Shown here: positions 7,760 to 18,571 of the stretch, piece by piece
Position numbering within the stretch: the stretch's first letter is position 1
Layout of the letters: the number at the start of each line of letters is the position of its first letter
Origin: Candidatus Methylomirabilis limnetica
Lineage (GTDB): Bacteria; Methylomirabilota; Methylomirabilia; Methylomirabilales; Methylomirabilaceae
Direction: 5' to 3'
DNA: 32,000 bases
Assembly (NCBI RefSeq): GCF_003044035.1
Contig: NZ_NVQC01000009.1
Coordinates: 1 to 32,000 of the forward strand
Notes under the pieces: model-generated
What the model was told of the DNA's origin: nothing
Databases searched by the model: none
What the model saw: only the letters and a program-made list of their open reading frames with translations
Translations under genes and position numbers: made by a program

Positions 7760-9517
7760 CTATTCGGGCTGTTTCGCTTTGACCCGAACGACTTGGCCGT
7801 CAAATAGCTCCATAGCTCGCTGCACCAGGGGATGACCCCGCAGCGCCTCCTGATCGGGTTGCGCCATCTGCGGCTCCGGGACGGTCGTCTGTTGGGTGTC
7901 CCGTGCTTCGCGGTGAGCCTCGCCAGACCGCGGAGGCTGACGCAACTCGCCCTGGCCTGTGGTGAGCCCGGCCGAATCGCTCCTCGCGGGCACCTTGCTT
8001 GGACTGCCGAATCGAAACTCAACCGTCAGGGGCCGCCCAAAAGCTTCGGACGCGGCTTCGGTCACAAGACGCCGGTTTTCACGGTCGTCCAGCGTTGATC
8101 GCGCAAAGGTCGTCCCGTTTTCCAGCATGACAATGAGCCTGCCTCCCTCAAGCGTCACATCCTTGGCCGCGGTGAGCAACGCGGCGAGGGACCGCTTCTT
8201 CCGTTCCAGCAGCCGCGTGGTGCGGGCCCAGCCTTCCTGCGGACTCTTGGCGCTGTCGGCCGGAGGAGGGGGTGGTGCTTCGACTGGGGGGCGGGGGGCG
8301 GGGGGCGGAGTAGCGGGGGCGGGGGCAAACACGGGGGTCGGCGATGGCCCCGGGCCGGTTGCCCGCCCGGTCAGCAACTTCTCCTCCAGGGTGGACAGGC
8401 GCTCCAGGAGCACCTCAAGGGTTTGCAGCGACCGGGCCTCTGTCGCCTCGACAAGCGCCATCTCCAGGACAAATCGCGGCTGGGGAGCACGTCGCATCTC
8501 GAACTCGGCCCGGCTCAGGACCTGAAAAATCGTTTCGATGTCTGCGAGTGTCATGGCCTCGGCTTGCGAGCGAACCGTTTCCGGTAGCACGCGGCTCAAC
8601 TGAAGTAGGGGGGTGGGGTTTTTGCTCACCTTCGAGACCATCAGGTCGCGCAGGTGAGCCAGCAGTTCCTGGCAGAACCGCTGAAGGTCGTCTCCCCGGG
8701 CGCTGAGCGACTCAACCACCGCCAGGGCGAGGCTGCTGTCACGCTCGATGATCGCCTGGGTAGTCTGCGCCAGCAGCTCCCCTTCCACCAGCCCCAACAC
8801 GACCGCGACGTCGAGCTCGCTCACCTCATTGCCGCTATAGGCAATGGCCTGGTCCAGAAGGCTTTGGGCGTCTCTGAGGCTCCCCTCTGCGGCGCGGGCA
8901 ATTGCCATCATGGCGCCGTCCGAAACGGTAGCCCCTTCCTCGCGAGCGATCTGCTGAAGCCGCGGGAGGATCTCTCCTGGTCCCAACCGCCGAAAGTCAT
9001 GGCGCTGGCAACGCGAGAGAATGGTGGGCGGGATCTTGTGCGCATGAGTGGTCGCCATGATGAAGACTACCCCGGGGGGCGGCTCCTCAAGCGTCTTCAG
9101 TAACGCATTGAAGGCCGGCTCGGTCAGCATATGGACTTCATCGATAATGATTACCTTGTGCTTGTCGCGCGACGGGGCATACCGCACGATCTCACGCAAC
9201 TCCCGGACCTCGTCGATCCCCCGATTGGAGGCGCCGTCGATCTCCAGGCAGTCGAGTGAGCGGCCCGTCGCAATCGCAGTGCAGTTCGCGCACTCGCTAC
9301 AGGGATCGGGCGTACGGCCCCGCTCACAGTTCAGGGCTTTCGCCAGGATGCGGGCGGTCGTCGTCTTCCCGACCCCGCGCGGACCCGTAAAGAGCAAGGC
9401 GTGCGCAACGCGATCTTTGGTGATAGCGTTCTTCAGGGTCTGCGTGACCGGCTGCTGGCCCACCACCTCATCGAAGTTCTGGGGTCGCCATCGCCTGGCG
9501 AGAACGAGATATGACAT
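7760..9517 (-). CDS. dnaX: DNA polymerase III subunit gamma/tau
   Basis: Walker A GPRGVGKTT, Walker B IIDEVHML, zinc module CERGRTPDPCSECANC, Pro-rich linker; ATG start. Confidence 0.93.
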   Translation of the reverse strand: MSYLVLARRWRPQNFDEVVGQQPVTQTLKNAITKDRVAHALLFTGPRGVGKTTTARILAKALNCERGRTPDPCSECANCTAIATGRSLDCLEIDGASNRGIDEVRELREIVRYAPSRDKHKVIIIDEVHMLTEPAFNALLKTLEEPPPGVVFIMATTHAHKIPPTILSRCQRHDFRRLGPGEILPRLQQIAREEGATVSDGAMMAIARAAEGSLRDAQSLLDQAIAYSGNEVSELDVAVVLGLVEGELLAQTTQAIIERDSSLALAVVESLSARGDDLQRFCQELLAHLRDLMVSKVSKNPTPLLQLSRVLPETVRSQAEAMTLADIETIFQVLSRAEFEMRRAPQPRFVLEMALVEATEARSLQTLEVLLERLSTLEEKLLTGRATGPGPSPTPVFAPAPATPPPAPRPPVEAPPPPPADSAKSPQEGWARTTRLLERKKRSLAALLTAAKDVTLEGGRLIVMLENGTTFARSTLDDRENRRLVTEAASEAFGRPLTVEFRFGSPSKVPARSDSAGLTTGQGELRQPPRSGEAHREARDTQQTTVPEPQMAQPDQEALRGHPLVQRAMELFDGQVVRVKAKQPE

Positions 9518-9526
9518 CTGAGATCC

Positions 9527-9623
9527 AGGGTATAGGGTTTAGGGTCTAGGGTGGAGAGGGTAGGGGATAGGGCTCAGAAGGTGTCTGCCTTGCTAAACCC
9601 TAAACCCTTTACCCTCTACCCTG
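9527..9623. repeat. heptamer-word inverted repeat (TAGGGTN / NACCCTA family)
   Basis: Left arm agggtatagggtttagggtctagggtggagagggtaggggataggg (7-nt period); right arm taaaccctaaaccctttaccctctaccct is its imperfect reverse complement; lies just 3' of the SRP RNA. Confidence 0.8.
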
Positions 9624-9627
9624 CATT

Positions 9628-9903
9628 TCTTGGCCGTGCACCCGCCGTCGATCGCGGCTGCCGGGCTGTACCCGTGACCGAGGCTACGGCCGAGCTTCCC
9701 CGCGGCACAGGAGCCTGTTCGTTTACCGCTGCTTCCTTCCGGATCTGGCGGGGTTCACAAACTCTCCTTGCGCGGGACTCGACCATCGTCACCACGATCA
9801 CAGGTCATCGCTCGAAGGCTTTAAACCTCGGGCGGGGATTCGATCCCGCTAGAGCGGATTGCGGGTACAGGGCACCGCTAACTCCCCATCTAGCACGGCC
9901 AAG
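9628..9903 (-). ncRNA. ffs: signal recognition particle RNA, long (Bacillus-type, with Alu domain)
   Basis: - strand reads ...CCGCCAGAUCCGGAAGGAAGCAGCGGUAA (conserved domain IV) and a 5' Alu-domain block GGGGAGUUAGCGGUGCCCUGUACCCGCAAUCCGCUCUAGCGGGAUCGAAUCCCC; an 11-bp terminal stem CUUGGCCGUGC/GCACGGCCAAG closes the molecule; conserved ffs-dnaX-ybaB-recR synteny. Confidence 0.85.
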
Positions 9904-9914
9904 TCTATTCCTGT

Positions 9915-10865
9915 TCATGACAACTCATGCTGCATCAGGCCGGCTTCCATCAACCGCTTGGCGTATTCTGCAATCCCTCGATCGATCGGATACTTCGGAA
10001 CATATCCTAGTTCCGCGCGCGCGCGAGTCACGTCGGCCTCGGTGTGCGGCTGATAGAATGGGTACGGGTTATCGAAGTAGTCGGGATCGTGGTCAGTCCC
10101 CAGGGCTTTATTCAGGAGCGCAACGACCTCGTTGAACGAGGTGGGACGCCCGGAGCCGACATTATACACGCCGCTATGATTAGCCTCTGCGGCCAGCAGG
10201 GTCGCCTCCACTACGTCTTTGACGTACACAAAGTCACGTTGCTGCTCTCCGTATTTAAAGATCCGCGGCCGCTTGCCCGCTCGAATCTGCTCCGCCAACT
10301 GATAGATCATGCTGGCCGCCGCACCTTTATGGACTTCGCCTGGCCCGTACACATTGAAATACCGGAGCCCGACGGCTCTACAGCCTCCTGAGGTATCAGT
10401 GTAGCGCCGAGCCAGATTCTCCAGGAGCGTTTTCGAAAAGCCATACACGTTGGCAGGGCGGGCAGCCTGGTCCTCCTGCATCCGGCCCGAGCGGCAGACA
10501 CCATAGACAGCGGCCGAGGAGGCATAGATCAGGGGCGTCCCGGAGAGACGCGCGAACTCCGCCGCCCGCCGAAAGCCCTCCACGTTGCTCCAGATCATCT
10601 GCCGCGCATCGGTGACGGTTGTATCGGTGATTGAAGCCAAGTGGAATACCACCTGAAATTCACCTGGCCGAAATCGGCTGAGGAGGTCCAACGACGCGAG
10701 ATCCTGCGCCACCAAGTCGCCCCGAAACCCAACCAGATTGCTGAACTCGCCGGAGCGGAAATCGTCGATGATGGTGACCCGAATATCCGGGTATCGCCTC
10801 TCTAACTCCAGAGCCAGATTCGACCCGATAAAACCGCCGCCACCGGTGATCAGAGCGCTTTCCAT
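9915..10865 (-). CDS. hldD: ADP-L-glycero-D-manno-heptose 6-epimerase (SDR epimerase)
   Basis: ITGGGGFIGSN Rossmann motif, YASSAAVYG, RYFNVYGPGEVHKG...AS block closely resembling E. coli HldD; ATG start. Confidence 0.78.
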   Translation of the reverse strand: MESALITGGGGFIGSNLALELERRYPDIRVTIIDDFRSGEFSNLVGFRGDLVAQDLASLDLLSRFRPGEFQVVFHLASITDTTVTDARQMIWSNVEGFRRAAEFARLSGTPLIYASSAAVYGVCRSGRMQEDQAARPANVYGFSKTLLENLARRYTDTSGGCRAVGLRYFNVYGPGEVHKGAAASMIYQLAEQIRAGKRPRIFKYGEQQRDFVYVKDVVEATLLAAEANHSGVYNVGSGRPTSFNEVVALLNKALGTDHDPDYFDNPYPFYQPHTEADVTRARAELGYVPKYPIDRGIAEYAKRLMEAGLMQHELS

Positions 10866-10885
10866 GTTTCCTCAGTCAAGCAGGG

Positions 10886-10936
10886 TTCAGCGTTTAGCTT
10901 TAGCTGATGGCTGACCGCTGATAGCCGGACAGCTTC
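10886..10936. repeat. heptamer-word repeat (CAGC/GCTGA family) in the tRNA-Ser(GGA)/hldD spacer
   Basis: ttcagcgtttagctttagctgatggctgaccgctgatagccggacagcttc; the segment ctgaccgctgatagccggacagcttcttgtt recurs at 11551..11581. Confidence 0.7.
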
Positions 10937-10941
10937 TTGTT

Positions 10942-11031
10942 TGGCGGAGAGGCCGGGATTCGAACCCGGGGCAGAGTTTCCCCCGCTCACGCTTTCCAGG
11001 CGTGCCAGTTAAACCGCTCCTGCACCTCTCC
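10942..11031 (-). tRNA. tRNA-Ser (anticodon GGA)
   Basis: Class II tRNA with long variable arm; acceptor GGAGAGG/CCTCTCC, anticodon loop CTGGAAA, T-loop GTTCGAATC, encoded CCA. Confidence 0.92.
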
Positions 11032-11045
11032 GCGAAGTACGTTTA

Positions 11046-11097
11046 GAGTTTTGCGTTTCGGGTTTCGGGCCAACGCGAAACTCCAAACTCGAAACTC
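11046..11097. repeat. heptamer-word hairpin (GTTTCGG / CGAAACY family)
   Basis: gagttttgcgtttcgggtttcggg-ccaa-cgcgaaactccaaactcgaaactc; both arms are 7-nt periodic and imperfectly complementary. Confidence 0.75.
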
Positions 11098-11116
11098 GGA
11101 ACCTGCTTGTTTGGGT

Positions 11117-11206
11117 TGGCGGAGAGGGGGGGATTCGAACCCCCGGAGCAGTTACCCGCTCAGCGGTTTTCGAGACCGCCCGATTCAACCACTCTCGCAC
11201 CTCTCC
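11117..11206 (-). tRNA. tRNA-Ser (anticodon CGA)
   Basis: 90 nt, acceptor GGAGAGG/CCTCTCC, anticodon loop CTCGAAA, long variable arm, encoded CCA. Confidence 0.92.
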
Positions 11207-11247
11207 GTGAGTTACAGCGATCAGCTTTCAGCCATCAGCTTTAGTGA

Positions 11248-11339
11248 TGGCGGAGAGGCCGGGATTCGAACCCGGGCTGCACCTTTCGGCACAGACTCGC
11301 TTAGCAGGCGAGCACCTTCGGCCACTCGGTCACCTCTCC
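11248..11339 (-). tRNA. tRNA-Ser (anticodon GCT), copy 1
   Basis: 92 nt, anticodon loop CTGCTAA, long variable arm, encoded CCA; identical to copy 2. Confidence 0.92.
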
Positions 11340-11407
11340 GGTAGAACCAGCGCACAGCTATCAGTTTTTGCTGATGGCTGATTGCTGACAGCTTCCCTGC
11401 TTCTTGT

Positions 11408-11499
11408 TGGCGGAGAGGCCGGGATTCGAACCCGGGCTGCACCTTTCGGCACAGACTCGCTTAGCAGGCGAGCACCTTCGGCCACTCGGTCACCTCTCC
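11408..11499 (-). tRNA. tRNA-Ser (anticodon GCT), copy 2
   Basis: Base-for-base identical to 11248..11339; identity extends 20 nt further on the higher-coordinate side (112 nt in total), offset 160 nt. Confidence 0.92.
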
Positions 11500-11581
11500 G
11501 GTAGAACCAGCGCACAGCTTTCAGCGATCAGCTTTCAGCTTTTGCTGATGACTGACCGCTGATAGCCGGACAGCTTCTTGT
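11500..11581. repeat. heptamer-word repeat (CAGCTTT / GCTGATR family) spacer
   Basis: cagctttcagcgatcagctttcagcttttgctgatgactgaccgctgatagccggacagcttcttg: forward words switch to reverse-complement words at the midpoint; similar spacers at 11207..11247 and 11340..11407. Confidence 0.75.
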
Positions 11582-11667
11582 TGGCGGAGGGGGTAGGATT
11601 CGAACCCACGAGGCTTTCACCTAACGGTTTTCAAGACCGCCGCCTTCAACCACTCGGCCACCCCTCC
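11582..11667 (-). tRNA. tRNA-Ser (anticodon TGA)
   Basis: 86 nt, acceptor GGAGGGG/CCCCTCC, anticodon loop CTTGAAA, variable arm, encoded CCA. Confidence 0.92.
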
Positions 11668-11669
11668 AC

Positions 11670-11764
11670 GGGTTCATCGTTCAGGGTTCGTAGTTTATAG
11701 ATGATTCCTGTTCTTAAGGCAGATCGTTTTCCGTTCTATGAACTCTGAACCATGAACTATTAAC
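11670..11764. repeat. heptamer-word inverted repeat (NGTTCAK / MTGAACN family), probable serS terminator
   Basis: Left arm gggttcatcgttcagggttcgtagtttatag; right arm gttctatgaactctgaaccatgaactattaac abuts the serS stop codon. Confidence 0.75.
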
Positions 11765-13041
11765 TACTTCCTGATCCGTTCGAGCCCGTCCAGGTAGGGT
11801 CGGAGAGCTTCAGGTATGACCACCGTCCCATCCGCCTCCTGGAAGTTCTCCAGGATCGCCAGCCAGGTTCGTCCCGCCGCGACCCCTGATCCGTTCAGCG
11901 TATGGACAAACTGCGGCACCGCCTTGGGCGAAGGCCGGTAGCGGATGTTGGCCCGCCTCGCCTGAAACGTCTCACAGTTACTAATCGACGAGACCTCCCG
12001 ATACGCCCCTTGACTCGGGATCCAGAGTTCAATGTCATAGGTCTTTGCGGCCGCAAACCCCAGGTCGGCCGTGCAGAGGACCACCACCCGGTAAGGCAGG
12101 CCCAGTCGCTGAAGGACTGTCTCCGCGTGTCGAGTCATCTCCTCCAACGCGTCATGGGAGCGCTCGGGCTCCGCGAACTTCACCAGCTCCACCTTGTTGA
12201 ACTGGTGCTGCCGCATGAGACCCCGAGTGTCTTTGCCGTAGGAGCCCGCCTCCCGCCGAAAGCAGGGGGTAGAGGCGACGTAAGACAGGGGCAGCGTTCC
12301 GGGCGGCAGGATTTCCTCACGGTGAAGGTTGGTCACCGGGACCTCTGCAGTCGGGATCATGTAGAGCCCCTCGTCCTTGGTCTTGAAGAGATCCTCACCA
12401 AACTTGGGGAGTTGGCCCGTCCCGCGCATGGCATCGGCGTTCACCAGCAATGGCGGGAAGATCTCCGTGTAGCCGTGCTCCTTTCCGTGGAGGTCGAGCA
12501 TGAAACTGATTAGTGCGCGCTCCAGCCTGGCCCCAACTCCCTTGAGGACGGCAAAGCGCGATTGCGCGATTGCGGCCGCCCGTTCGAAGTCCAGGATCCC
12601 CAGCGCCTCCCCAAGCTCCCAGTGAGATTTTGGTGCGAAGTCAAACTGGCGCGGTATTCCCCATCGCCTGATTTCAACGTTATCTTCGGCCGATTTCCCG
12701 ATCGGGACGGAAGCATGCGGGAGGTTGGGGAGAAACAGCGCCGCCTCCTGTAAGAGCTCTTCCTTTTCCTTGAGTTGTTTTTCCAGACCAGTGAGAAGCG
12801 GCGCTTCCACGACCACCCGCGCGACAACATCGCTTGTACTTTTACCTTGTCGTTTGAGTTCGGCAACCTCTTTAGACAACTCGTTGCGCCTCTGCCTGAG
12901 CCCTTCCACTTCGGCGAGCAGGGCTCGCCGCTCAGCATCGAGCTGAACAAACTCGTCAAGGGTTGAGGGCGCAGCGCCCCTGGCTGCAAGTCGCTCGCGC
13001 GTCAGTTCGACATTGTCACGAATAAATCTCAGATCCAGCAC
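11764..13041 (-). CDS. serS: seryl-tRNA synthetase
   Basis: 425 aa, MLDLRFIRDN N-terminus, long coiled-coil arm, class II core (FRREAGS..., GSGVAAGRT); GTG start with a GAGGGA Shine-Dalgarno. Confidence 0.93.
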   Translation of the reverse strand: MLDLRFIRDNVELTRERLAARGAAPSTLDEFVQLDAERRALLAEVEGLRQRRNELSKEVAELKRQGKSTSDVVARVVVEAPLLTGLEKQLKEKEELLQEAALFLPNLPHASVPIGKSAEDNVEIRRWGIPRQFDFAPKSHWELGEALGILDFERAAAIAQSRFAVLKGVGARLERALISFMLDLHGKEHGYTEIFPPLLVNADAMRGTGQLPKFGEDLFKTKDEGLYMIPTAEVPVTNLHREEILPPGTLPLSYVASTPCFRREAGSYGKDTRGLMRQHQFNKVELVKFAEPERSHDALEEMTRHAETVLQRLGLPYRVVVLCTADLGFAAAKTYDIELWIPSQGAYREVSSISNCETFQARRANIRYRPSPKAVPQFVHTLNGSGVAAGRTWLAILENFQEADGTVVIPEALRPYLDGLERIRK

Positions 13042-13050
13042 GGCATCCCT

Positions 13051-13134
13051 CGTTCAGAGTTCATGGTTCACAGTCAGGAGAGGAGCTGCCTGTGCTGGTT
13101 TTGTCTACGAACTACCAACTATGAACTCATAACG
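13051..13134. repeat. heptamer-word inverted repeat (GTTCAT family) between gyrA and serS
   Basis: cgttcagagttcatggttcacag ... ctacgaactaccaactatgaactcataacg. Confidence 0.75.
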
Positions 13135-13163
13135 TTGCACTATACCACGCCCCCCGGCATCTC

Positions 13164-15686
13164 TCAAGCCTCGTCGAGCGGACCCGCTTCCGGTTCCGGT
13201 TCGGGCGGGAACTCCGGCCCCTCCGACTCCACCTCGCCCTCTTCGTCGCTCACCAGCCGCGTCACTGCGGCCACGCGATCGCTGGGCGTGAGCCCCTGGA
13301 GCCGCACCCCTTGGGTCGCCCTGCCGATGAGGCTGATCTCGTCCACCCGCATCCGCGTAATCTTTCCTTCCTGAGAGATCATCATGATCTGATCGCCGGG
13401 CTGTACCTGCATCACCCCGACCGCCGGGCCGTTTCTTTCGGTGGTCCGAATGTTGATGATCCCTTTGCCGCCTCGGCCCTGCAGCCGGTACTCTTCGTGC
13501 TCGGTCCGCTTGCCATAACCGTGCTCGGTCACCGTAAGGACTGCCGCTCCCGGGGCCACCACCTCGGCCCCGACCACCGCATCGCCCTCCTCAAGGGAGA
13601 TCCCGATGACGCCTCGGGCCGCCCGGCCCACCGACCTGGCCTCTTCCTCTTTGAACCGGATCGCCATCCCCCGTCTAGTCCCGAGCAGAACCTCGTCGTC
13701 TCCCTTGGTCATGCGGACCGCGATCAACTCGTCCCCTTCATCCAGCGTAATCGCGATGATGCCCCCCGCGCGCGGGTTGCCATACGCGTTGAGCTCGGTC
13801 TTCTTGATGATCCCGCGCTTGGTTGCCATCAGAAGGTAGCGATCAACCTCAAACTGGCGGATCGGAATTACGGTCGTCATCGTTTCGCCGGCTCCGAGTT
13901 GCAGGAAGTTGACGAGGGCCTTGCCCTTTGCGGCCCGTCCGAGCTGGGGCAGCTCGTGGACCTTGAGCCAGTGCACCCTCCCCTGGTTGGTGAAGAGGAG
14001 GATGTAGCTGTGGGTGGTGGCGACGAAGAGGTGCTCCACGTAGTCCTCTTCCTTGGTCGCCATGCCGGTCGTCCCCTTACCGCCTCGACGCTGGCTCCGG
14101 TAGACGTTGAGATTGCTCCGCTTGATATAGCCGCCATGCGTAATGGTGATCACCATCTCCTCATCGGCCAGCATGTCCTCCAGCTCGATGTCGGCGGTCT
14201 CTTCCAGGATTTCCGTGCGGCGCGGGTCCCCATACGTTTCCTTCACGACCAGCAGTTCATCTTTGACGATCTGGCGAACCAGGGCATCGCTGGCCAGGAT
14301 GCTTCGGAGACGCTCGATCGTGGCGAGGATCTCGCTGTACTCGTCCTGGATCTTCTGCCGCTCAAGCTGTGTCAGGCGCTGCAGGCGAAGATCGAGGATT
14401 GCCTGGGCCTGGATCTGGCTCATCCCGAACTGGTCCATCAGGCCGGTGCGAGCGTCGTCCACCGACCGGGACCGGCGGATGAGGGCGATGACCGCGTCCA
14501 GATGGTCTAACGCGATCCGGTACCCCTCTAAAATGTGGGCCCGCTCTTCGGCTTTCCGGAGGTCGAAGCGCGTCCTGCGAATGACGATGGTCTTCCGGTG
14601 CTCGATAAAGTGATGGAGCATCTCCTTCAGCGTCAGCACCTTCGGCTGGTTGTTCACAAGGGCCAGCATGATGACACCGAAGGTTGATTGCATCGGGGTG
14701 TGCTTGTAGAGCTGGTTCAGGATCGGCGGGGCCATCTGGTCCTTTTTGAGCTCGATGAAGATCCGCATCCCCTCGCGATCCGACTCGTCCCGTAGATCCG
14801 AAATCCCCTCGATCTTCCTGTTCCGAACCAACTCGGCGATCCGCTCGATCAGCTTGGCTTTGTTCACCTGGTACGGGAGCGCCGAGACAATGATGCTCTC
14901 CCGGCCGCCCCTGCCCTTCTCCACAAACGCCTTCGCACGCATCCGGATCAGGCCTCGGCCCGTCGTGTAGGCATCCCGGATCCCCTGCCTGCCGTGGATG
15001 TACGCGGCCGTTGGAAAGTCTGGTCCAGGCAGCACCTCCATAAGCCGATCCAGCGTCACCTCGGGATCATCGAGCTGTAGCAGGAGGGCGTCCACGGTTT
15101 CGCCAAGATTGTGGGGCGGGATGTTGGTGGCCATCCCGACTGCGATCCCGGAAGAGCCATTGACGAGCAGGTTTGGAAGGGCCGCCGGCAGGAGCGTTGG
15201 CTCTTGAAGCGTGTCGTCAAAGTTGGGAGCCCGGTCCACCGTCTCCTTGTCGATGTCCCGGAGCATCTCCTGAGCGATCCTGGCAAGGCGAACCTCCGTA
15301 TATCGCATCGCCGCCGGCGCGTCGCCATCTACTGAGCCGAAGTTTCCCTGGCCGTCGATGAGGGGGTACCGCATCGAGAAGTCCTGGACCAGACGAACGA
15401 GGGTGTCGTAGACTGCCGTGTCGCCATGCGGGTGGTACTTGCCCAAGACCTCACCTACGACGCGGGCCGCCTTCTTGTATGGGCGGTTAAAGGGGAGTCC
15501 CAGCTCCTGCATGGCGTACAGGACCCTGCGGTGCACCGGCTTCAACCCGTCCCGTACGTCAGGTAGGGCCCGGCCGATGATCACGCTCATGGCGTAGTCC
15601 ATGTACGACCGGCGCATCTCCTCGTGGATGTCGGTCGGCCTCACCTCGCCAATTCGGCTTAGCGCGCCTTGTTGTTCGTCAGGCAT
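13164..15686 (-). CDS. gyrA: DNA gyrase subunit A
   Basis: 840 aa, active-site AAMRYTE motif, C-terminal beta-pinwheel repeats, acidic tail; ATG with a GGAGGAG Shine-Dalgarno. Confidence 0.95.
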   Translation of the reverse strand: MPDEQQGALSRIGEVRPTDIHEEMRRSYMDYAMSVIIGRALPDVRDGLKPVHRRVLYAMQELGLPFNRPYKKAARVVGEVLGKYHPHGDTAVYDTLVRLVQDFSMRYPLIDGQGNFGSVDGDAPAAMRYTEVRLARIAQEMLRDIDKETVDRAPNFDDTLQEPTLLPAALPNLLVNGSSGIAVGMATNIPPHNLGETVDALLLQLDDPEVTLDRLMEVLPGPDFPTAAYIHGRQGIRDAYTTGRGLIRMRAKAFVEKGRGGRESIIVSALPYQVNKAKLIERIAELVRNRKIEGISDLRDESDREGMRIFIELKKDQMAPPILNQLYKHTPMQSTFGVIMLALVNNQPKVLTLKEMLHHFIEHRKTIVIRRTRFDLRKAEERAHILEGYRIALDHLDAVIALIRRSRSVDDARTGLMDQFGMSQIQAQAILDLRLQRLTQLERQKIQDEYSEILATIERLRSILASDALVRQIVKDELLVVKETYGDPRRTEILEETADIELEDMLADEEMVITITHGGYIKRSNLNVYRSQRRGGKGTTGMATKEEDYVEHLFVATTHSYILLFTNQGRVHWLKVHELPQLGRAAKGKALVNFLQLGAGETMTTVIPIRQFEVDRYLLMATKRGIIKKTELNAYGNPRAGGIIAITLDEGDELIAVRMTKGDDEVLLGTRRGMAIRFKEEEARSVGRAARGVIGISLEEGDAVVGAEVVAPGAAVLTVTEHGYGKRTEHEEYRLQGRGGKGIINIRTTERNGPAVGVMQVQPGDQIMMISQEGKITRMRVDEISLIGRATQGVRLQGLTPSDRVAAVTRLVSDEEGEVESEGPEFPPEPEPEAGPLDEA

Positions 15687-15708
15687 TCACTCCTCCACGA
15701 GCCACACA

Positions 15709-15866
15709 ATGAACTACCCCGCAGCAAGCTACGGGGTAGCGTCTTCTGTTCTGGCCCGTCATTCCGTGCTTGACACGGAATCCAGTCGGGCCTGCTTGAT
15801 ACCGGTGCCTGCCCCGGACCCAGATCCGGGGTCCGCCGGTATGACGAACTCGCGGCAAGCCGCGGG
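15709..15866. repeat. 158-bp multi-hairpin mosaic element, copy A (inverted copy B at 25925..26082)
   Basis: Chain of hairpins: ctaccccg..cggggtag, attccgtg-cttga-cacggaat, ataccgg[ccccgga..tccgggg]ccggtat, cgcggcaagccgcg; the ends and several blocks match the reverse complement of 25925..26082. Confidence 0.85.
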
Positions 15867-15934
15867 TATCGCCTCTCGACGAGAAAATAAATGGCCCGAT
15901 CGCCGGGCCTCCACGCGATGGCAGCTTAGCATTG

Positions 15935-18571
<2,637 letters not shown>

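Noticed and set aside
7760-9517. Programmed ribosomal frameshift site in dnaX (the gamma/tau split seen in E. coli and Thermus)
   Set aside because: I found no A-rich slippery heptamer (A AAA AAG or A AAA AAA) on the coding strand, so the sequence does not support it.
9595-9610. Telomere-like sequence taaaccctaaaccct (two CCCTAAA units, the plant-type telomere repeat)
   Set aside because: There are only two units. They are internal to the contig and are the reverse-complement arm of the TAGGGT heptamer hairpin, so they belong to the heptamer-repeat family and are not a telomere.
10937-11515. ORFs 10937..11344 (+), 11009..11200 (-), 11221..11442 (-) and 11330..11515 (-)
   Set aside because: They run straight through the tRNA-Ser genes and heptamer spacers, so they are spurious.
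10886-11764. Regularly spaced repeats of about 90 nt separated by 40-96 nt spacers, superficially like a CRISPR array
   Set aside because: The repeats fold as class II tRNA-Ser cloverleaves with four different anticodons and encoded CCA. The spacers are heptamer-word repeats, and no cas genes are present.
13311-14510. Long ORFs antisense to or out of frame with recognised genes. Examples: 13311..14510 (+, 399 aa) opposite gyrA, 27871..28845 (-, 324 aa) opposite mnmA, 24212..24967 (-, 251 aa) opposite parB, 16646..17497 and 17930..18568 (+) opposite gyrB, 3117..3806 (+) opposite mtnW, 25159..25836 (+) in an alternative frame of the DUF4013 gene.
   Set aside because: They have Arg/Pro/Gly/Ser-rich low-complexity translations with no recognisable motifs, and they fully overlap genes with unambiguous homology. 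This is the usual open-frame artefact of high-GC DNA.
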